A DNA stretch of 47,719 nucleotides, from contig JALDAF010000001.1 in NCBI GenBank assembly GCA_022729315.1, positions 1-47,719 of the forward strand, read 5' to 3'. The stretch's first letter is position 1. Each line of letters begins with the position of its first letter. Source of the DNA: Candidatus Nanohalalkaliarchaeum halalkaliphilum. GTDB taxonomy: Archaea; Nanohalarchaeota; Nanosalinia; Nanosalinales; Nanohalalkaliarchaeaceae. The notes beneath the pieces were generated by a model. It was not told the origin of the DNA and ran no database searches. It saw only the letters and a list, made by a program, of their open reading frames with translations. Both the position numbers and the translations under genes were made by a program. Positions 42,797 to 47,719 of this stretch are shown here, one piece after another.

Positions 42797-43810
42797 TCAG
42801 TCCTCATCGGAACTGGAACTTGCTCCCTCGATCATGCCCAGTTCTTTCACGAACTCGTTGTACCGGTTCCGGATAGTGACCTCGGTCACGCCCACGGTCT
42901 CTGCGACCTCTTTCTGTGAGATCTTTTCGCCCTCCAGGGCTGCTGAAAGGTACAATGCAGCTGCCGCGATACCGGTCGGACCTTTTCCGGATAGCAGGTC
43001 TTCTTCACGGGCATCCTGGATGATGCGGCGTGCACGTGCCTGAGTCTCACCGGAGACACGGAGCTCCCCTGCGAACTTTGGCAGGTAGTGTTCTGGTCGG
43101 GAGGGGAGGATGCGCAGATCCAGTTCACGTGCCACGTACCGGTACGCTTTCCCGATCTCCCGTTTCTCGCTACCGGATGCGTCCGCGATCTCGTCGAGGG
43201 TCCGTGGTGTCCCCTGGTTCCGGGACACGATGTAGATCAGGGCAGCGATGATGTGTTCGATACGGCGTCCCTTGACAAGTCCCTTATCAACTGACTTCTC
43301 GTAGAGCCGGGCGACCTCTTCGTGCACGGCGTTCGGTAGTCCGAGAGAAGATACAAGCCGCTTCAGTTCTGACAGGGCGAATCCAAGGTTCCGGTCCTTG
43401 CTCTGGGTGGACCGCTTATGCCATTTCCGCAGCCGGTAGTACTGGCCACGTTTCTTGTTCGATACCTTGTAGAGTTCACTGGACCCGCTCCCGATCTGGG
43501 TTGAGATACCCATGTCCTGCTTCGTGTAGGTGATCGGTGCACCTGCACGCGCCTTTTTATCCCGTTCCTCGGCAGAGAATGCCCGCCATTCCTGTGACTC
43601 GTCGATCATGCTTTCCTCGATGACCAGTCCACAGGTGTTGCAAACCAGTTCGCCGCGACCCTCGTTCGAGGAGAAATCGGTTGAATCACATTCCGGGCAG
43701 GCGAATCGTTCCTGCGGTTCAGAAGAATCCTGGGACTCCGTCTGTTCGGGCGCTTCGTCGCCCGCTGGTTCCTGGTCGTCAGGGACAACCGTTGCGGTAT
43801 CGTCGGACAT
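42797..43810 (-). CDS. tfb: Transcription initiation factor IIB (TFB), paralogue with acidic N- and C-terminal extensions
   Basis: Start trimmed to MSDDTATVVPDD (GGAGGTGA 7 nt upstream). Zn ribbon CPECDS...CNTCG. The core is colinear with the 41674-42558 product. Confidence 0.9.
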   Translation of the reverse strand: MSDDTATVVPDDQEPAGDEAPEQTESQDSSEPQERFACPECDSTDFSSNEGRGELVCNTCGLVIEESMIDESQEWRAFSAEERDKKARAGAPITYTKQDMGISTQIGSGSSELYKVSNKKRGQYYRLRKWHKRSTQSKDRNLGFALSELKRLVSSLGLPNAVHEEVARLYEKSVDKGLVKGRRIEHIIAALIYIVSRNQGTPRTLDEIADASGSEKREIGKAYRYVARELDLRILPSRPEHYLPKFAGELRVSGETQARARRIIQDAREEDLLSGKGPTGIAAAALYLSAALEGEKISQKEVAETVGVTEVTIRNRYNEFVKELGMIEGASSSSDED

Positions 43811-43978
43811 CAGCGAGTCACCTCCTGTGTATATAAAGAGTAGGTTCGGGCCGTAGCGGAATTCCAGGACGTGATACACCCTGTTCCGCTATTTAAATCT
43901 ATTCCCCAAACTTTTTTATAATCGTGTCGTTTTTCACGGTGAGGTTGGGCTGGTATCGTGTCTTGGTTGCGGCTCATC

Positions 43979-44605
43979 TTAATCACGGGTGAGGTAGTCG
44001 GTTTCATCGTCTTCTGTAAGCGGTTGGAATGATCGGTAGTGGTGTCCTGTTGAAATGAATGTTTCCGGTGTTGAGATTGCAATGATGTCGATCTGTGTTG
44101 CATCGCTGAGTTGATTGTACAGTGTCTGCGGGATAATGGGTGTCGCAACGAGTGTGGTTGCATCCTGGTCCTGGAGTTGCTGGAGTGCCGTGTGCACTTC
44201 CGTGATCGTTTCGATACCATCATCGACGAGGACAACTGTCTTCCCATGCATGTCGGGGAGTTCGCCGTATGTTTGCTGTCGTGTTTCAGCATTATCCTGT
44301 TCTACCGCAATACCGTCCTCGACGTATCGCGTATCGATGGATAGTTCGGAGATAAGTTCCTCATCGAGCCAGTACGTACCGGTGCTGGTGACGCCCCCGA
44401 TCATCAGTTCTGGATTGAATGGGGCATCGATGGATTCCACGACAAGACAGTGCAGATCGGCGTCAAACCGATCGGCGACCTGTCTGCCGACCACTACGCC
44501 GCCACCAGGAAACGCTACCACGGCATCAACAGTATCGTGGGAGCGTTGGATACGGTCAGCAAGCTTATCTCCTGCATCCGTCCTGTCCTCAAACTTCAGG
44601 TCCAT
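43979..44605 (-). CDS. Phosphoribosyltransferase-fold protein (divergent PRPP loop)
   Basis: Start trimmed to MDLKFEDRTDAGDKLADRI, a typical opening for the putative-PRTase family. VVLVDDGIETITEV sits where VDDG(I/L)ATG(A/S)T is expected. Confidence 0.7.
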   Translation of the reverse strand: MDLKFEDRTDAGDKLADRIQRSHDTVDAVVAFPGGGVVVGRQVADRFDADLHCLVVESIDAPFNPELMIGGVTSTGTYWLDEELISELSIDTRYVEDGIAVEQDNAETRQQTYGELPDMHGKTVVLVDDGIETITEVHTALQQLQDQDATTLVATPIIPQTLYNQLSDATQIDIIAISTPETFISTGHHYRSFQPLTEDDETDYLTRD

Positions 44606-44756
44606 CTTACACTCTTTTCCAGCGATCCCTGATAAATAACCAATATTTACTGATGCGGTGTCGGTGATGGAACTAATACGATTCGCCCACATTGTTTTCG
44701 TTATCATTATGTAGTAACAAAAATATATAAAGGGGGGTGGTGGTTATGGCGCAGGT

Positions 44757-45035
44757 GTGGTTTGTGGTAGCTGTTCCGGGTGCGGCCGGAGCGTGAAACG
44801 TCAGCGCATTTATGAGTATGTGGTGGGCGGCGGTGGTTACGTGATAGATCATGGGAGCACTTACTCGCATTGGACGGACACTCTCCCGCTACGGGAGGAA
44901 TCTGAAGCTGCTTATCCGCGTGGCTGTTACACTGGTTACCGTGATTCAGATGATCAGGACGTTACGGAAGCAATGGCGAGAGGGTTCCGGACAGCAAAAA
45001 CGAAGATAAAGAAAAAAAAAGAAGGCCCGGGGTAG
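44757..45035 (+). CDS. Hypothetical small protein (doubtful)
   Basis: 92-aa GTG-start ORF with CGSCSGC and a Lys-rich tail. ATATATAAAG is centred about 28 nt upstream of the GTG. No family recognised and no competing ORF. Confidence 0.3.
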   Translation: MVCGSCSGCGRSVKRQRIYEYVVGGGGYVIDHGSTYSHWTDTLPLREESEAAYPRGCYTGYRDSDDQDVTEAMARGFRTAKTKIKKKKEGPG

Positions 45036-45066
45036 GCCCGGACCGTCGGATGGGTACAACACCACT

Positions 45067-46098
45067 TTACGTACAGAAGTGGGTTGTTGCGTAAACCTGT
45101 CCGGATGATGTGATCTCGATCCCCACGCCGGCAGTGTTGTACGCAGATCGAAGGATGGCCCGTCGATGGCCGTCCGAGTTCATCCACTGTCGCGTCAATC
45201 CGTCGGCCAGGCTTTTTGCGTCATCGTAGTAGACGCTTCCGCCACTTCCGGTTCGAACGGAACGTTCAAACCAGGTTCGTGCAAGGTTCTCCCCGCCACG
45301 CATACAGCTGACGCCGTACCGGTTGAAGAGGTCACGGAATCCTTCGCCGCTCGGTGATGTGTGGGCGAAGTAGTTCCGTTGTGCCATGTCCTGACTCTTT
45401 GTGCGGGCAGTCGTCTGAAGCCCATCGGAATGGCTCAACGTGCCGAGGCCGCGCTGCTGTCGTTCCTGGTTCAGGTTCTCCAGAACGTACTGTTCAGCTT
45501 GCTCTTCAAGACTTCCTGAGGGTGTTGTCACTGGTTCTGTGCTTCCGATACTGTCTCCACCCGTATCACTGTCGCTTCCAGAATCCTCGTGTACTGTGTC
45601 ACTACCGCTGCTGTCGCCACTGGAGTCGTCCGAACTGCTGTCGGACCCGCTGTCTAGAGGCGATGAGGAATCTCCCCATACCCATGACGTGGAACTGTCT
45701 GATCCACTGGAATCGCTGCCTGATCCGCTGTCAAGGGGTGATGCGGAGTCTCCCCATACCCATGACGTTGAACGGTCTGTGCTGTCGTCACTGGCGTCGC
45801 TGGAATCGTCCGGGTTACTGTCGCCCGGTGCAGAGGAGGATCCTCCCCATACCCACGACGTACTGTCATCATTGACGACCTGATCTGACTGGCTGATGTC
45901 CGTTGTTTCTCTGTCCCCTGTACGGTCGTCCGCAGCGCTGTCTGAGCCTGAATCTGGTCCGAACTTGGCATCAAATGTCTCCTGCATGTCGTTCTTCATG
46001 TCATCAGGACTCCAGGCAGCAGCTGCTGTTGTGGTGAATAAAACCAAGAAAATCGAAACAAGTAGTGCTCCCTTCCAAACCCGTTTGTCGAATGACAT
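45067..46098 (-). CDS. Secreted CAP/SCP (YkwD-like) domain protein with Ser/Asp-rich repeat linker
   Basis: Start trimmed to MSFDKRVWKGALLVSIFLVLFTTTAAAAW (signal). Three STSWVWG(G/D)S.S repeats. C-terminal CAP core NQERQQRGLGTL...NYFAHTSPSG...GENLAR...WMNSDGHRRAIL...GVGI. Confidence 0.8.
   Translation of the reverse strand: MSFDKRVWKGALLVSIFLVLFTTTAAAAWSPDDMKNDMQETFDAKFGPDSGSDSAADDRTGDRETTDISQSDQVVNDDSTSWVWGGSSSAPGDSNPDDSSDASDDSTDRSTSWVWGDSASPLDSGSGSDSSGSDSSTSWVWGDSSSPLDSGSDSSSDDSSGDSSGSDTVHEDSGSDSDTGGDSIGSTEPVTTPSGSLEEQAEQYVLENLNQERQQRGLGTLSHSDGLQTTARTKSQDMAQRNYFAHTSPSGEGFRDLFNRYGVSCMRGGENLARTWFERSVRTGSGGSVYYDDAKSLADGLTRQWMNSDGHRRAILRSAYNTAGVGIEITSSGQVYATTHFCT
45650..45870 (-). repeat. In-frame coding repeats (78-93-nt period)
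   Basis: CTCCCCATACCCA(T/C)GACGT recurs at 45672, 45750 and 45843, encoding the STSWVWG units. Confidence 0.7.
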
Positions 46099-46365
46099 AG
46101 GTTGGTTCCATCTAACCACCAAACCTTTATATGTACTACGATACATACTTTGTGAAACATATTCTATCGGACATATTTACCGGAGGTGGTTCCCAACACC
46201 GGAAAATATGGTATCATTAGCGGATTCTGTTTGGCAGGGGTATAACAGGGATGGATCGAAACGTGGAAAATATCGATGGAGAACAGGTCTGTAAGGACTA
46301 TCGGCAAGTGAAAAACCGTTGAATCTGTCGCTGGTTTAAAAGCATACTCCAGAAAGAGGTCCAGC

Positions 46366-47211
46366 ATGCATACGTGGCGAACCATCCCGGCTAACAGACT
46401 GATCACCGGGACCATACTCCTGGCGTTGATCGTGGGCCTGGCTGTTCCCGCAATGGGACAGGTGGTTCAGGATCGGGAACACGACATCCATCAGTCAGGA
46501 TCTGACGCATCAAGTATATCAGTGACCAGCACGGACGAAGCCGTGCACGCTGATCGTCAGGTCACCAGCGGTCCGGGCGATACTACACATGATAATACAG
46601 GGGAAGCAGCACACAATTCCGAACAGGATGCTGAGCTTACCACACTGGTATCCCAGCTTATATCTATCCTGGAAGGAGACGGAGACAGCAATCACGGGTC
46701 ATCTCACGAAACATCCTCTGATAGTTCGAACAGTGCTGTTGTGAATAACCCGGATAATAGCGGGGATCACGTTGTTCACGACCACAGCCACGACCAGATC
46801 CATGGCAGTCACGAGGACAACCCGGCCAATGATCCTGGACACAACTCTAGTCACGATCCTCAACAGACCCATAATACCCATAACTCCCACAACCCGCATG
46901 CGGGCGCCGGGTTTCTGATCCCGCCCGTCCCTCCAGCATATGAAGCCGAAGGTATCGATCATCCGATCATGTACGATGACCGGGGAAGACACCAGGATCC
47001 GCGGTTCCATGACCGACCCGACCTGTATGCACCGCCGGAGTCTCCAACCGAACGACGCAGCATCCTCGGCGGATTGATCCGGTTAGAACATCCGCACGAC
47101 GGGGACCGGTACCGGGAAGACTGTCCACGTCACCGACACACGCATGGACCGGGATGGCATCACGGAGACTGGCATAACGTCCGCCACATACATATGCACG
47201 GCCACTGCTGA
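46366..47211 (+). CDS. Secreted/anchored histidine-rich protein
   Basis: 281 aa. N-terminal hydrophobic segment ITGTILLALIVGLAVPAMGQ. By my count, 35 His, clustered in DHVVHDHSHDQIHGSHED...HNTHNSHNPH and RHRHTHGPGWHHGDWHNVRHIHMHGHC. Confidence 0.65.
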   Translation: MHTWRTIPANRLITGTILLALIVGLAVPAMGQVVQDREHDIHQSGSDASSISVTSTDEAVHADRQVTSGPGDTTHDNTGEAAHNSEQDAELTTLVSQLISILEGDGDSNHGSSHETSSDSSNSAVVNNPDNSGDHVVHDHSHDQIHGSHEDNPANDPGHNSSHDPQQTHNTHNSHNPHAGAGFLIPPVPPAYEAEGIDHPIMYDDRGRHQDPRFHDRPDLYAPPESPTERRSILGGLIRLEHPHDGDRYREDCPRHRHTHGPGWHHGDWHNVRHIHMHGHC

Positions 47212-47456
47212 ATCAACCCTCCGTACAACGCAGCATGATTGCGTTCAAACCGTTTTGGGGGCGGTGAAAGTGATTTCTATTCTACCGTTCCATGCACACT
47301 ATACTGACCATACCTCAGGAGAATGTACTCTTGTCAGAACCGCTGACCGTGGGGGAGTATCCAGTACATTTCGGACGTGAAACTTCTTGTTACCCCCGAT
47401 TTTTGTAGTAAGAGAGCGGCTTTTTAAAAGAATAGGTGGATGGGCCACATACACCT

Positions 47457-47719
47457 ATGAAACGAAACAAATCACTTGCGGTCCTTGCCGTTCTACTGAT
47501 CGTTGCCGGACTTTCACTCCCGGCAGCATCTTCAGATATGTTCGGTGACGACTGGAAGCAACATACTGCTCAAGCGAGCCAGCTCGCAAACTCAAACATT
47601 GCACAGGACACTAATCTAAACTCTGGAAGTGGAGATGTCTTTGCCAACCAGGAGGCTAACTCCAACATCCAGCAGGACGCGAACATCTTCGCCAAGGATA
47701 AGAAGGTGAAGGACAAGCC
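47457..47719 (+). CDS. Secreted Asn/Gln-rich repeat protein (5' part; runs off the right window edge)
   Basis: Not in the ORF track (open-ended): MKRNKSLAVLAVLLIVAGLSLPAASSDMFGDDWKQHTAQASQLANSNIAQDTNLNSGSGDVFANQEANSNIQQDANIF... Sec signal present. TTTTTAAAAG is centred about 30 nt upstream. Confidence 0.6.
   Translation, partial: MKRNKSLAVLAVLLIVAGLSLPAASSDMFGDDWKQHTAQASQLANSNIAQDTNLNSGSGDVFANQEANSNIQQDANIFAKDKKVKDK

Overview
This is a 47.7-kb, very gene-dense chromosomal segment from an archaeon with a strongly acidic, salt-in halophile-type proteome. G+C is roughly 50-60% by hand counts of sampled lines. Archaeal identity follows from the content: a complete A-type ATP synthase operon (atpH-I-K-E-C-F-A-[extra ORF]-B-D, minus strand, 5336-14318), two tandem TFB genes and an Orc1/Cdc6 gene. 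TATA-like boxes sit about 24-32 nt upstream of many ATGs (leaderless-type promoters), and I used them to trim over-extended ORF-track starts. Other content, left to right: the distal part of an Mrp/Mnh antiporter operon, tandem YihY-family membrane proteins, a UvrD-like helicase, and a thioredoxin reductase / glutaredoxin / C2H2 zinc-finger cluster. Next come a GH37-type trehalase, a secreted SNase-LTD nuclease, one tRNA-Glu(CUC) followed by decayed copies of its own 3' end, an AI-2E transporter and a DEAD-box helicase. Then a MutY-like glycosylase, an orphan 2-oxoacid dehydrogenase E1-alpha, a PHP phosphoesterase, pyruvate kinase, a YchF-like GTPase and a PRTase. The right end carries a cluster of secreted proteins (CAP domain, His-rich, Asn/Gln-rich repeat proteins). 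I saw no rRNA, CRISPR array, transposase or integrase. The lineage cannot be fixed without a database search; a compact non-classical halophile such as a nanohaloarchaeon is possible but unproven. The most unusual observations are: (1) an extra, translationally coupled 147-codon gene between atpA and atpB; (2) a canonical C2H2 zinc finger fused to the C-terminus of stalk subunit AtpD; (3) secreted proteins built from exact 56-aa curlin-like repeats that share an MFGDxW motif; (4) stacked tRNA-Glu 3'-end remnants; (5) a block of unrecognised genes beside orc1, comprising a kinase-like gene with a Myb-like HTH gene and then a slightly lower-GC divergent pair sharing one TATA box. All family calls come from motif recognition by eye, not from searches.
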